From: Octopus vulgaris | Lineage: Eukaryota | Assembly: GCA_951406725.2 (NCBI GenBank) | Contig: OX597814.1 | Span: 90,954,001-91,018,000, forward strand | Reading direction: 5' to 3' | Length of the DNA stretch: 64,000 nt | Part shown: positions 24,271 to 40,180 of the stretch, one piece after another | Position numbering within the stretch: position 1 is the stretch's first letter | Layout: every line of letters starts with the position of its first letter | Program-made: the position numbers and the translations under genes | The notes under the pieces: model-generated | Told to the model about the DNA's origin: nothing | The model's database searches: none | What the model saw: the letters and a program-made list of their open reading frames with translations, nothing else

Positions 24271-27200
24271 GTATTTAAATACTATACGCACGCACGCTCA
24301 CACACACACGATAAGCGAAAATTAACCATTGTTTAGATCTATATAGAATTTTGCTTCAGTTATTTCGTCAAATGCAAAATGATGCAATAAAAAAAATCAA
24401 TGAATTGTAGTTTTCGTTTATCTATGAAATTTTATAATGTTCTATTACTACATCGTTTATTATAACGAAATCAGACTTCTTAATTTAGGCTTTTGAGAGT
24501 CTGTGCAAACAGTTTCAAAGACATGTTAATTATTGACTAACACTAAAACCTATTGTTAAAATCTTACGTGCCTCGAATCAAAACACTATGAATTTATTCA
24601 TATATTTACTACAAGCACTTTTAATCTTCTACTGCACTGCATATTCAAAGTAGATAAAATAATGTGAATTCAATACTTGCTATTAATTTACGTACAAACA
24701 GAGCAGATTTGAGAGCTGAGAATTAGTCTATAGTAGCAATCTTAGAATTTAAATGGTACGTTTTTAACGATCTCAAAAATAGTACAAAATTATCAAAAAA
24801 AATTCTCCGTTTTTGATTTGGGCTTAAAATGGAAAGTGCTTGAAGATATAAGAAAATCACTTTAACCGACACTCTCAAGGGTCTAAAGAAAGACAATTAC
24901 ATGTGAAAGCCAGAATGAATGAAAGAGAAACCCAGTATGAATAAGCAGTATTATTCATGCTTTGTTTTACTTCCTGAAATTTTAAAATGGTATTGTTTCA
25001 ATATATTAACGACAACAATTTAATTTCGTATACAAACACAATATGCTACAAATGCCAAGAAAATATGTTTTATATAAAACAAGGCAAAATTCATGAATGA
25101 ATCAAATCAGTTTCTGATTTTCAAACGTATTTTAAAATAATTGCAAATTTTGAATCTCATGTTACAAATATGAAATCGTGCTTTCAAGAAATGTGTAAAG
25201 ATTCGTACCTCATATTGGTATTTTGGAAAATCTCAACGATCCCATATAAAAAGAATATTGCATATACGCATCCGTTCAGTATACTGGATTTATTTACAAT
25301 CTATAATGAATTGAGTATTCTGTAGTAGTTCCACCCGTTCAATAGTCTATATCCTTTGTTATAACTACGAAGGTATTAGAATTTTACTAACAGAATTGTC
25401 GGTTTATAAAAGTATTTATAAAATTCTTTCCTAGCAATTACTGTAATAAATATTTTATGCAATATTGATTCCATTCCCATTTAGAAACTGTTTATATTGA
25501 TATCGCTTTCGAAATGTTACCGATCAATGTTGCATTAGGTGATGAAATGATTTTAAAATCTTTTATCTAAGTATTGTTTTAAGAACTTTCCGGAATTTCT
25601 CTTGCGTTTTGCTCCTAGTCGTCCTCCAGCTTAGACCCTATATCAGTAAGATTTTCACATATTCTACGAGTTTCTAACTTAGTTTTGTCATTATTTGAAT
25701 GCCAATTTTCAAACTCTTTTTTCCCCTCTTTTATTGATTTCTGTTACAAATGTTTCATTTGTACTAAGTATAGAATTACTTGTGATATGGTAATGTCACA
25801 ATAATTTTATAAAGTCACTTTTTAAAATTATTTGATTCCTTGATATTGCTAGATTGTGCAATCTATGAAAAACATAACGCTGTTTTTGGAACACACCAAA
25901 TTGCACCTTGAAAACTAGCATATACTGGTGTTTAAATCTATGATGTAATTTTGAAAGCAAAATAGTCCTTTTGCTGATATTTAAGCATATTATTCTCTTC
26001 ATTAAAGCGGTGACCTTATAGAATCGTTATCATTTATATACTAGTCTCATATACTTTTTTTCTAGAAAAAACAAAAATGAACGAAAAATATTGTTTTCTT
26101 CATTGATGAAAATTTTATGCACATTGACTTTCAAATCATAGATATAGACGAGCTTAAAACTCTTCTTAAATGATTACTCACTCATAACTGCACGCATCAG
26201 ATGACGGTAGAGAAATAATTTTCAGAGAGTGGTCTATAGTTGTTATTAGTTCCACACTATTTCAGTTAGATGCCACTAGACCAGACATCTCAATGGAACA
26301 AAATATACGGTGTTTGCAATAAACAGGCCTGATAGGGAATTATCATGTTTACACGACAGATATACGTGTGTGTATTAATAAGACAATTCCTATCTTTGAC
26401 GACTGAAGAATGGTGAATTAAAGAAATAGCACGATCATATATTTGAGTTTGTACATCTATAAACATCACGTAATCTCATTTTACTTTCAGTAAGAAATGA
26501 CACGATTGTTTAGGAAATAGTTAACAATGTCTTAGATTAATTGAATTTTAACATATTTAATACACAAAAGTCTAAAGCCGTTTTATATATAATTATGCAG
26601 CCGGAAATCATTATATTAGTTTACTTCTTTCAGCTTTTCTCTTGTGCTGCTTGTATGAAGACTAAATAAATTTGCTAATTAAAATGTACTTCTTACCCAT
26701 GTTGTTCATAAGAGACTGGAATATATGATTATCTACAGCTGTATAGATAAAAATAGAAAAGGTTTTGCGTAGAATGCCGACGGAAAATATTTTAACTATT
26801 ATATAGGTTATAATCCCCGCACGGGAAATGTTTTGCATGGGAAATATTTAGCTCGCTCTAGTAAATCCATCACCGCACACAGAAATTTTTGTTGAGTAAA
26901 TGACTAGCTAAATGCAAAACAAGCAATAACTCTTACCAGTTAAAAGTCAGCAAATGTGAAATGAAATTCTATTTGGATTATTTCGACAAAGGCAAATAGA
27001 TTGAAAATTATTATTTTTTTCAGGATAGACATTAAGCTTTTTTAGTTCTGAAAATAAAGTTTTAAATGCAACTAATGTTATGCATTCCAGTGTGGTCCTC
27101 TTATTTTACTCTGAAATAAGGAAAATCAATAATAACATGGAAATTGCCTCCTCTGTACTTTGCAACTAGATATTTCACTGGAATAAATGAACGAAAATTT

Positions 27201-28728
27201 TACGTACATATGCATTAAACTGAATTCGTTTTCTACAAATAATGAGTATTATCATACGAATTCGACGGAGTGTATCTTCCGCTACATGCATCAATTTGAA
27301 CCAAATGATTTGTTACATATAGAGAAATGTTTCGCTATATGCAATGGAATATGAAAAAGTTGCTTTATTCAATACGTTTCATCCTGGCGGATAAATATGT
27401 TGACCCGAATATTTTGGATTATGGGGGCCAAGAAATAATAACTAATGATGAGACAACTGAATGATTAAATACACTAGTGTATCCTGTTGTTGGTCTTGTA
27501 CTCATCAATGAAAACCGTATTATTTCTGGCCAGTACTATATAAATGGTATGTATTTAATTAGAATTCAACAATACCGATCAATTTTTCCGATCACTTTTT
27601 ATTCTAACGCATGTATTAGTAGAAAGTGATCCAATTTGTGAAATCCGCCTTTATAGATCTGCATGTATTTTCTTGAGTCTTAGTAAAGATAACAACGCAC
27701 TCACGGGTTAATTAAGGAAACTTCTACAACTGTTTGCAAAAAGACATTAATATTTCCGTCAAATTATATACTGCAATGTCAAATTATATACTGCAATGTT
27801 AAAGAAAACAACACACTGTATAAAGTAGCTTTATGGCTTTCCCTATGTAGAGTGACCATTTACTGAAAAAAGCTAATTAAATTTACCCATTTGCGAATTG
27901 TAATTGAGGAATATTGTAGCGTAACAAACTGGATCACCAGATACCTCGTTGGTTATGGAACGTTGAACTACGTAACGTTCCTAGATTTATGGACTGTTGT
28001 CTATTTTGTATTTTGATCTCAAGCTAAGGGATGACTGCCCAAATAGACTGGCTTTTCTATAATCGGAAAAGACACTGCAGCCACATCGTGTCTCGTAAAC
28101 CAATGATTAATTTCCTACGGCTGGAGTTATTGAATTCATTTTGTTTTCATTATTGTCTACGTATTTCAAGATTTTATGCTGCACTTGTAATTAATTGTGT
28201 GTTAATAATAAAAAAACAAAAAATACTGAACTTTCCATGGCATTGAATCGTTTTATCTCTAGGAATACTCAAAGTTACGCAATCTAATTTCTAGAAAGAG
28301 AAATAAGAAATCAACTTTGTCAATATTTATAAGTGATTATGTTATTGTTTTATTGTCTTGTTTTCATATAACTCACCAATAATTATTTATCCAGTTTTGC
28401 AATAAATAGTTTTTTGGGTGTTTTTTTCTTCCGTTCTATTATATTAAATTGCGGAGACCGAATAATAAACAAGTAGCTTCAAATTAGACTATAATGAATG
28501 ATTTCATTATATATGGGGGAAAGACGGTCACACATAAAAGAGTAACGATGTATTACATTCGATTTTATTATATTCCATATACAGTAATATGAGATAGCAT
28601 AAAAATACCTAATGTAAAATAACATGAACTTTTATAGTTTCAAATATACCATAACTGATTTGAAATGATCTCTTAGTAATATATCGTGTAGTCTTTCAGA
28701 ATATCTAAATATATACCTACATGCATAC

Positions 28729-28783
<55 letters not shown>

Positions 28784-28844
28784 AATTTTTGGGCGTAATA
28801 AGTTTAAAAAACCAAGGCTGTATAGATATTAGAGTATTTATAGC

Positions 28845-28910
<66 letters not shown>

Positions 28911-30643
28911 GCACATATGCACACATAGGCAGAGGCAAAGATGGAAATAAACGTTTCATGTTTATTTCTACATATATTTGCATGTGTGTACACGCACGAT
29001 GAAAAAATATTTATTAATAAATGTATTTAGTAATAAATAGTGTATCAAATAAACTTGCTTCACTAAAAATATTCAATATGTGTGTTTGAGAGTACGTTTG
29101 TATGCGAGTATGTTAGTGTATTTATGCGTGAGTGACTGTGTGTAGCTTTTTGTGTAAGGTATGTATATGATGCATGTGCCTATAAATTTTTGAAGAGGAC
29201 TAAAGAAAATATGGAATTAATAATGAAGAAATAGGCTATCCATACATTTATTATCTTTTTAAGACGTGGGGTGTGTAACGTGGCAAGGGGTTAAAAACTT
29301 CCTTATGCCACATGCGGGGACATTGTACTTCATTTTATTAGGTGTTCCATATGACCTCGGATGCTTTTCAAATTAAAGCTCAGACTCATATGCTAAAAAA
29401 TTATCAGCGATATACTAAGATTGTTTGATTTCATTTTCCTGGTATTCTTTCTACAGTTTCCAACTAAGTCAATAGAAGGGTTCTCACATTATCCTGACAT
29501 GTTTTGAGATTATATATTTCATTTTATACTGAGAAGAAACTGAAATTTGCCTTTATAATGACATTTTGTCATTTTCTTATGAATATATGACTCTGTTATA
29601 TGCAGAAAGATAACTAAATTTCTAACCTTGACAATATATTGTTCTTGTACCAATTCCTATGACATCTTATACTATAGGATGGTTATTTACTTGAATGTAT
29701 ATTAAGTAATATCTTTTCTGCAATAAATTAAGACGAATTTAAAAGTTTGGTAAATAAATGCAATACTATGTTGGAAATGCATTCCTATTAATTTTTATTT
29801 CACAAGCTTTTAAACCTATAACATTATAGCTATAACAGTGGCATTGTTCATCAATAGTGTGTGTGTGCGTGTGTGTGTGTGTGTGTGTGCGTGTGTAAAA
29901 AGTTATAAAATCAGTTAATTCATACTTCGAGGATTTTTCACCTGTGTCAGCATAGCATTATTTTCTTTGACTTATAGTTTGTTTTTAATCAAATGACAAC
30001 GGTATAAAATGTTGATGAATGGCCCTATTAAAATATACACATTCCATTTGCCTTTTTATAATGTCATAGCATATTATATAGTCAGAATTATTTTTAAAAA
30101 GTCCTATCTAGAAGAATTATTTTTTAAAATGTCCTATCTAGAAGAACTCACACCTGATCGTTATAACACAACATTTGGCTTGCAATAATATCAATATAAG
30201 TGTCAAACAGCCAAACTATTGGACTACATTTTTACATTTCCCTTGTCTCCAAAATAAAACAACTTAATAATTAAGTGCTTTTGTTCCAAGTAATTGATTA
30301 TATGACATTATTACCTCGCTAACGAGTTTACAATCTATTTGTGCTTCAAGTAGTGAAAATATATTATACGTTAGGGAAATCATCTTTCGAAATGAATAAA
30401 ATAATGTATGAGAGGAAAATCTAGGGGTGTACAAGTTTTCATATACATGAAAAATTTAAGTTGCAGTTTCACTCTGAATCTTTGGAAATCTCTAAGACTG
30501 TAAAAGAGAGTGAAGTAAGATATAATTGCCATAACAGGTTATTACATTTTCAAAACCAATTAGAAGTTAATGATTCGTTTTTATACGAGGTCGTTTACAT
30601 TATTTACATTTGACGGATATTTTTCCTCGTCCTGTTTGTTGTC

Positions 30644-30689
30644 AACACAAAGTTTCGGCTGATATACCCTCCAGCCTTCATCAGGTGTC
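30644..30689 (-). ncRNA. Minimal type-I hammerhead ribozyme motif (one substitution in stem III)
   Basis: gacac-CUGAUGA-a-ggcug(gaggguauau)cagcc-GAAA-cu-UU-guguu; stems I and II pair; sibling arms indicate an ancestral GAAA-CG-UU. Confidence 0.75.
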
Positions 30690-30762
30690 TTGGGGAAATT
30701 TCGAACTTGGGTTCTTATACCTAAGGTATTTTTCGATGTTGTTGTTGTTGTTGTTATTATTA

Positions 30763-30865
<103 letters not shown>

Positions 30866-30942
30866 CGTCACTGCCTGGAATCGAACTCGGAATCTTGGGG
30901 TTAGCAGCCCGTTCCCTTAACCACTACGCAATATGCCCATGG
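30866..30942 (-). promoter_or_regulatory. tRNA-like head with Pol III A/B boxes
   Basis: Minus strand gggcatattgcgtagtggttaagggaacgggctgctaaccccaagattccgagttcgattccaggcag: A box tgcgtagtggt, B box gagttcgattcc, anticodon-like arm ggg-ctgctaa-ccc. Confidence 0.75.
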
Positions 30943-32189
30943 CGTATATAATAATATCGAAAAATACTTACTCCTGTAATAATTACGGACTAATGAAAGC
31001 TGCAGAGTATATCAGTTGAAATGTTGTGTTAACAACAAAGAAGATGAGGACAAATATCCGTCAAATGTAAAACATGTACATATTTCCTCATCTCTTAAAT
31101 ATAGAACTATGAGATCATTTGACTTGCTGGGAGAAAAAAAATTGAAACATGTCTAAAGTGTAAAAAAGACAGAGGTGGATTATTATTATCTATTTCTGTG
31201 CTGTAATGTTCATAGTGTGACAATACGGCTTCAGGTTTTTCTATGAAATCTCACTTTCTGATGGCGATCGAGCTACTATGCGTTTCACAAATATAAATAT
31301 AAATCGATTAATAAACGAGGATGCACTTCGAAATTGTAACCATAATCGTTTTTGAAGTTTAATGATTGAAATATTCTGCAACGAAACAATGCAGCAATGA
31401 TATCAAGGCATCCATTGTGTAAGATATTTTTGCAAAAGAAACGATAGGCTGTAGAAGGATATAAATGCATTAATGATGATAGTAGATGAGAGCCTCTCCA
31501 TTAATCTGGAACCCGAAATTCATAGGAGAATGATGTACGACGTAAGCTAGGAGTAAATCGTTATATTCTTTTTATTGCCTGACGAATATTTTACTGACTT
31601 GGCAATAAATATATTTTTTTGAATAGGTGTCATAACTATTTTTATTCTTCGATTTAAGCGAAAACATTGGTTTTATTTCAAAATTATTACCCATATTAAT
31701 GTCCAATATAATACGTGACAAATATTTTGTGACAAAATTATTGAACCATTTAACGTGTGCACAGAAAATATCCACGTAAAATAGTTTACGAGACAGAAAA
31801 TGAATATAACATACAAAGTTTTAAAAATTGTAAATGACAGTGAATTCATTTACTGAATTCTGAATAAATATGCCTATATATAAATATATATGTATGTATG
31901 TATGTATATATATATGTATATATATATATATATATAATTTATATATAATTTATATATAATTTATATATAAATTATAATTTAGAGTATCTAAGATATACCA
32001 ACACGCTGGAAATAGCAGCCAAAACGTGACGCTAAAACCACATTAAATGTTCATACAGAACAAGAGGAGAAGACAGACAAAATATACTCGCAAAAAAAAA
32101 AATTACTGGATAATTCCAGCTCCTGGAATTCTCGCTCTGCGTAAGAAATGCTTTGCCTCATCAGTGGAATATACACAGCACATAAATAC

Positions 32190-32230
<41 letters not shown>

Positions 32231-33076
32231 ACATACGAATACTTATATATACGAACGTATACATACATATATATATATATATGCACGTATGCGCACGAAC
32301 AGTTTAAATTGCCCGCCTAAGTCTCCTCGTGCGATATGGTCTAAAATACCACCGCAGTGAATATAATGACGAAATAAATATATAACGATCTTATCTTTAT
32401 TTACACACACACATGCATGCATATATATTAATAATATATAGGAATGAAGAAAACTATAATATAATAATGAAAAAATATATTATATAGTGATGATACAATA
32501 AGCAGTGACAAAGAAATATATAAATACTATATAAATATGTAAATACTATAGATAAAAGCGGACGTAAACAATTACGAATGAATGACAAAATAAAAAAAGT
32601 ATAAAAGGATATATAACGAAATCTACGGATAAAAAATTTTTAAATGATAAAATAAAATAATCTTAATTTAAGAAGTAAATGTTAGAGCGTAATAATTACG
32701 AAAAAATATAACGTTAATAAATATCGTAAAACAAATGTAAAAATATATATGTTCAGTCTACCGTTGTATAACATGGTCATAATTCGAACTAATTTCAAAT
32801 TAACACCGCAAGGCTCAGCAAAAATATGTACTTTCCCACATACTTGATGCTTCTTTTAAACTATGGCTTAATAAGTATATTATCTTAATAGTAACAATAG
32901 TGCAGGAAATAAATAAGTACATTGTGGGGGCTTTACTTTCTTTTATTACCAACCTTTGTTCACACTCACCACACTAATATAACTCCCCACATCGAATGGT
33001 AAGTTAATTTAAACTAAAACGTTCATATTAAATAATAATAGTAGCAGCTTTACGTAAGAATTAAATTTATTTCTTT

Positions 33077-33771
33077 ATTTTAGTGTTGGACGTTATTTAT
33101 TAAACGCTTCAGTTGATGTTTACATTTTATTTTCATTTCCTTCTGAGCGTTAAGTAGTCCTGTTTTCTCCCATAATATCTCCATGAATTTATGGGTACAT
33201 AACAGACATAACCTATTCCCAATTCTATACGATTTAGTTTTGCTTATTATATCCCACTATAATTCATATTTAACCTCCAAATGTACTTACTTAATCCTAT
33301 CGATTTCATTAGTTTCTTATTTTTCAATGAATTTATATGCTGTGCTATTTGTTGTTTAATTTCATTGGATGTGGACATAATATACATTCTATCTGGATAA
33401 CTTTCAGTATCCGTACTATTTATTTCGTTTTTGCATTTCCATATACATTTACAGAAACCACATATTTATATACTACATCCATTACATCTACCGTGGTTTT
33501 TATCCCTACAATTGCAACGTTTAAGGTCTCCAGCCTTCCTATTAGGATGCTTATTTAATTTATCGTAGTCATATTTATTCAACCAATGCTTATTTAATGA
33601 TGAGATGATGTTCCCTACATTGAATAGGATTGGGAATAGGTTATGCCCATTATGTACCCATGAATTCATGGAGATATTATGGGCCAAACGGAACTACTTA
33701 ACGCTCAGGAGGAAAGGAAAATAAAATGTAAGCATAAACTGAAGTCTTTAATTAATAATGGCCAACCCTAA
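33077..33771. mobile_element. MITE/foldback with ~150 bp diverged TIRs (hAT-like TAGGG terminus)
   Basis: tagtgttggacgttat...ctgagcgttaagtag...cccataatatctccatgaatttatgggtacataa...cctattcccaat versus attgggaatagg...ttatgtacccatgaattcatggagatattatggg...ctacttaacgctcag...ggccaacccta; no TSD seen. Confidence 0.75.
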
Positions 33772-33779
33772 TATATATG

Positions 33780-33824
<45 letters not shown>

Positions 33825-35070
33825 AGAATTGTATGATTGTGTATAGAAGAATATATCAATGAAAGAAATTCCAACCTACTCTAATTTTACAGTTTTTGCA
33901 CTTTTACAATATATATAATAGAATATTACGTATTTACTCTGATTAAATTAATACCTTCATGCGTTAATCAATCATCAAGTTTATAAAGTAGTAGTAGTTG
34001 TAGTAGTAGTAGTAATAGTGACAGTTGTGTTCTAGTGTGTGTGTGTGTGTGTACGCGCGTATAGGCATGTGTGTATTTTTATGTCTATGTATGTATAGTT
34101 CCAATAAACACATCACAAATTCTGACATATCATCTATCATTTTCTCATGTGCTTTTTGTGTCTCGCTGTGTCAGACACCTTCACCTGGAGGTTCCAGCAT
34201 GGCTCTTTGTCGCAGTAAACCGTCATCTGCCATTTTCTACCTTATTTGCAGTAGACTTACTTGCAGAATCGGTGATGTGCATTATGATCGTCCTCTTTCT
34301 TGCTCAAGAACTTCGCAACCTATCCGCCAGGTCTGCACCAATGTGGCATTTCTTGGTCTTTGGTAACCTTTCCTTCATGATCCCTCTCAATGTGTTCTCC
34401 CTTCAATCGAATCACTTCCCTCACGGTTACATTTGAGAGTTATTTTGAGAAACTACTTGTCTAGATGAAGTGTGTCCGATAAAATGTGGTGTGGAAACCT
34501 TAAATGTTCAATGATATCTTCTCCAGATATCCACTAATGGGGTATAGAAAGTCCTTGACTTTTCAATACACTGGGCTTCTCTCTCTCCAGTTCTGAAACA
34601 CATACACACAAACACACACACACAAAAACACACTTACACACACGCACACACACATTCCTTATTTGCCATGGAAGTGTTATTGGTTCACAGTAGCATTCTG
34701 TATATCTTATTTAACGTGGATAAAGAGAATACTACAACACGGCCGTATTCGTCTTGACAAGGTATGTCGTAGAAGACATAGGGATGGAGATCATAGGCAT
34801 GCAAGAGTAGCAGGAGGAAAAGCGTAGAATGAATGAAGATAATTTAAAGCACTTTTATATTGGTTTATTTGCAGTTGGTCCCCCTCTATCTGTCGATCTG
34901 AGTGTAAATCAAAATGCATTCATCGAAAGATCTACATAATATTTTCGAATCTGAAAACGAAGTACACATATTAACTACTGTGTATATGTGTTAAGCTCCC
35001 AGTGCATAGATACTGTATCCACATATAATGGAATATTCTATTACATATTACTCGAATTAACAAATATTGC

Positions 35071-35178
35071 CAAAATATCAAGTGATAGTCTCAGCACTGA
35101 GGCTTAACACAGTTATATTCTCAAAATATCAAGTGATAGTCTCAGCACTGAGGTTTAACACGGTTATATTCTCAAAAT
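35071..35178. repeat. 51-bp tandem duplication
   Basis: caaaatatcaagtgatagtctcagcactgaggcttaacacagttatattct x2 (2 mismatches). Confidence 0.92.
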
Positions 35179-35360
35179 CGTTTGTGCTGTGCTTAAGTAT
35201 AAATTTAAATAGCATACATGTAAGTGTTTTATAGCATTGCATTTATGAATATTCACCCTATTTAATATAAGATTGTGTTCACATTTACATCACAGCTGGA
35301 GTAACATACATGCAAATATACGTACGAGCAAATATATATATATAAATATGTTACTACTGC

Positions 35361-35498
35361 CATCAAAGTGGCAGTTGAATTTTACTTTTAGCGATACTTC
35401 TATACTATATAAAGGGTGCAGTACTTACACCAGAAATAGGTTGGCGGAGAATCTGCCTGGGGTTAAACCAGTAGTAACATTCAACTGCCACTTTGATG
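35361..35498. mobile_element. Small MITE with perfect 20-bp TIRs
   Basis: catcaaagtggcagttgaat / attcaactgccactttgatg. Confidence 0.7.
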
Positions 35499-35546
35499 TC
35501 GCTACTCGCTACTACTCTTCTTTAGATTTTATATCTAGCTATTTTG

Positions 35547-35618
<72 letters not shown>

Positions 35619-35670
35619 GTATGTGAATATATGTATGTGTATGTATGTATGTGGGGGCTTGAGTATATGA

Positions 35671-35721
<51 letters not shown>

Positions 35722-35750
35722 CATATCTATATCTATATATATATATATGT

Positions 35751-35796
<46 letters not shown>

Positions 35797-38289
35797 GCAT
35801 TTATAAATGTATATATACATGTATATATTCATACAAATGCAGGCATGCATACGTGCACTCACGCACATAATGAAAATTGAAAATTATGCAAAAAGCAGAA
35901 TATAAAGGAAGTAAATATGTTGTATAAAGTGAGACATAATTATACAAGTCAACCATTATCCTTGGGAAAATTGCAGCATTTATCGTTATGTGGCGACATG
36001 AGATAGCTTTTCTCATACACAAATGGCGACATTCTTCAGTAATTTTTATTCTTTAATATTTAATTTGGTTTTGACATAGCATAATCTCTATAGAAATCGT
36101 GAATGTCAATTTCTTAAAGTCGATATCACCGAAGTTATAAACGTTCTACGATTTCTTATCCTTACACTAGACAAGAAAGCAAACAAATACTATGTTCAAA
36201 ATCAGATATTAGTCATATTCATTTATTTATTAATGTGAAATGGCTTCATATCCTTGTTATATGTCTTGAGTTCAGTATATATCAGTAACATGCTTTCCTG
36301 CAATTTCTCACCTCGAATAATTTCAGAGATGGTAAAATTAGATTACTTATATTACAATTTTATTCACATTTGTTCCACGCTGAATTAGTATGCATTCTAC
36401 TTTAAACAGATAAACATTTATTGAAATAATGCAACGTAACAGATGACATACTGAATGTGGTTTATTTTCCTAAAATATGGATGAGAGAAGAGAAAATGAG
36501 TTTGACTAATTTCAATTGACATATGTTTATGTACATTCGAGAAATATGCTAGCGGGAGCGGGGGTTTTCGTTGATCGAACTACTTGCGGGGTTCCAAAAA
36601 TGATGGACGTCACGTCTTGTTTAAATCACCATACTCTAAGATACACTTTTACTTCCAGTTTTTCAATCTCTCTCTCTCTTTCTCTTGTTCATATATTTCT
36701 GGCTTCTTCCTATTCCTCCTTCACCTCATCATCTCTCTCACGTTCACTTAATTGTTCTTACGAGTAATGTATATTACATATTAATTGTTCGTAAACCATG
36801 TCAACTCATTGTTTTAACTCTTCAACAAATTTATCAGGTATATATTTAAATATCTCTAAAGTAGTATACAGAAACACAATTCATATTTCTACAGAATTTT
36901 ACAATCGAACCTGCAATAAATATAAGGAGAGCTATTCAATGCATAAGTATAAAATTATATGTATATATGTATTGATATATGTATGTATGAATGTACATAT
37001 GTATGCATGCATGCATGTATGTATGAATGAATGTAAATGTATGTGTGTATGTATCTATGTGTGTATGCACACATGTATGTCATTGTATGAGTGTATATGT
37101 GTTTATGTGGGAAGGCATATCTAAGTTGATAAGTATGTGTCTGGTGGGAAATGTAATTAGATACAAAATCTTGAATTAATAACAAATTCCAACACTTCGA
37201 TACGCAGTTGCTATGATACTGGGATACGCCACGATAGCTAAATCACCTTTCTGACCTGAGGCAATACTATTCTCAGTGCACTAGGTTAGAATACAAAACA
37301 GAAACCTTACCATAAAACTTTTCTACGTATGCAAAATTCATTTTCTTTTTCATTCATTTCATTTCATACTTTTCTACTTACCTTCAAATCAGTGATTTAT
37401 TTTTATAACTTTGCTGCCGCAGTCTGTGATTCGCTGTACTACAACTCAGGTCTCAAATAAAACTGTTAATTCATTTACACGCGTGCATGTGTGCTTCAAA
37501 CACGATATAATGTGAACATATGATTAATTCTGCACTATAAAAAACTTTTTGTTCACAAATATTTTTTAGTCTAGATCTAACAAATGCAACTTTAAATAGG
37601 TGTATTTATTAGAACCTAACGACTACAACTAATGCTTGTCTCGCCTAAAATTAATTCCCCTCCTGTTCATTTAAAAACATCTTTCTACCTATTAAAACCT
37701 AATGAAAACTTATCATAATAACATGTATTTTTAATATTATCTCTAGAACAACTGCCCTGAAACTAATCACTGATGGTGGCTCTGTTGGCTGGATGTGCTT
37801 ATCTTCCCTGTTTGAAAATTTAAGGACACAGAACGATTGTGCGACGTAGCCAACAAGAAACGGTGCTTCTTGGAGCTAAATAGCCGCAGCATCTTTCTCT
37901 TTCGAGGGACTACAACATTAAGTTGGCAACAAACCATCACTTTATCGTGCTGCTACTACATAAATCTTTCTGATTGATTTAGAAAAGTAATATTTCTTAT
38001 ACTTCAATATCAAAATATCAGAAACCGGTGTATTACCTAAATATTATATTTCATAAAATTTTATGTATATGGATATATATATATATTTATGTATATGTAT
38101 GTCTGTATGTATGTATAAGTATATCTAGGTTGGTTTTTATCTATGCATGTATGTAAGCATTTATGTATGCATGTATGTAAGTATGAATGTAAGTGTGTAT
38201 ATGTAGATGTATTGAAGAATATTTTTGTATGTATATATACATGCATACACATACACACATATATACATATCTATCTACCTATACGTATA

Positions 38290-38348
<59 letters not shown>

Positions 38349-38507
38349 ATTAGAGATAAAACCACTATTAGGCAAATCAAACATTGAAAATCATAAGCCA
38401 ATACATAGAAATAAAATTAATTAAAAAATATATAAAAAAATATAAAATATAAAATTATATTTAATCCTAAATCTAATTTTTCCCTGTAAGTTTGGATTTA
38501 CTCCCTA

Positions 38508-38573
<66 letters not shown>

Positions 38574-40132
38574 TACATACATTCATATATATATGTGCAT
38601 ATACACATATATGTTCATGTCTGTAATTTATGGATTCTTTATATATGCATTTATGAATAAAACGATTGTTTGTGTAAATTATGTAAATATATTATTGTAA
38701 TCACTATCATTGCATGCATTTTTGTTGTAAATAACCTCACATTCGTGTGCTGTACATCACACATCTATTCATCTCTGTGTGCACGTGTGTGTGATCCCTT
38801 TCTGCTAATGTTTGTCATATCAGAGTGCATATATTCCATATGCAAATATAGCTGAATCCAGGATCATCGAGCGAAGAGACCCTGGTGTGTCTTACACTTT
38901 CTCTGTATGTCGCTAATCGACGGTATCTGGGTTTTGTGAAATGTTGCACTCTTCTCTTTAAATGACACACCATAGCTAGGCTTTTCTTCATACTGCTGCT
39001 ACATAGCGCGTCTCCTCTACGATATATGCAAATGAAAATTGAAACAATGTGTATAAGAGCTGCAATTTTCTCATATTGCCTCTATAAGAACTGTTTTTTT
39101 TTCAATGGAGATGTTCTCCACAACAATGTATAAACTTTACACCCAGGCATACAGAACAGACCCGGGACGTTGTGTTTACATTAGAGTTCTGATTGTATTA
39201 CATTTTACTAACAATATTGTTAATTTTTTAAATGTGTAAATAAGTCTGATATTTTCTTGGTCTGATATGTTTTTGGTATTTTCATCGGATAATTATTTTT
39301 CCGTTTAGCATTCTTCATACTTTTAGCGATAATATTATGCCTGCCTAAGTTTTCTGTTAGACATTTTTGGACAGTAACTACTTACGTTGTTAATATCTTC
39401 ACATCTAATATAACAAAACAGCCATTCGTTGTAACATTGCGAAAATTTTGAAGTCTCTTATTCATCAGGTTTTATATGTCTTCTGTTCTTGAAAATTAAA
39501 TTTTTAGACTTCTTGTTGAAATGTGATATAATTGTGAAAGATCGCAGACTTTCCTCAGAGTATATATTTAAGTATCATTCACGTGATCTAATTTTGCTAT
39601 TGCTCTTGAGAAATATTGATTTCTCTGTTGACTGTTCAGTTGCTGCCGTTGAGATGATATGCATCGCTCAGATACTGTCCACACTGAATTATCTCTACAC
39701 AATACTTTAACATATTTCCTGTCAATAATCTATGATAACAAAACTTTTAACCAAAACATATACACAAATGCTCACACATGGAATATGAGCCCTAATGGAG
39801 ACTTAAGCGCTCGTGTACCCACCCGGCACCGCATCCACTACACATTGTTCATGAAGACAGGACAAACAACACCCCAGATATTATACGGCGCAAATGGCCA
39901 TAACTCATGGTATAAACATTTCTCCTTTCCGTCTTTCCCACAGTATCGATGAAACAGATGGTTTTTCAGCTTCAATACATACATTTTCCATTATATTTGT
40001 CCATAACGGCTAGCACTAACGAGCACGTAGTGCTATAGAACTAGGTTTTTATCTAATATTCGGTTGAATATCCACTGCGAAACGCACCATTAAGGAGAGC
40101 CGTAATAGATATATAATGGTGTAACTTTGATT

Positions 40133-40177
<45 letters not shown>

Positions 40178-40180
<3 letters not shown>

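Noticed and set aside
30866-30942. Functional tRNA-Ser(GCU) gene
   Set aside because: No proper acceptor stem or long variable arm; the anticodon reads ACU in the 49 kb copies; it is part of a repeat.
34150-34450. RTE LINE 3' fragment
   Set aside because: Only faint peptide resemblance; not enough to call.
35071-35178. CRISPR-like array
   Set aside because: Only two direct copies with no spacer, in a eukaryotic context.
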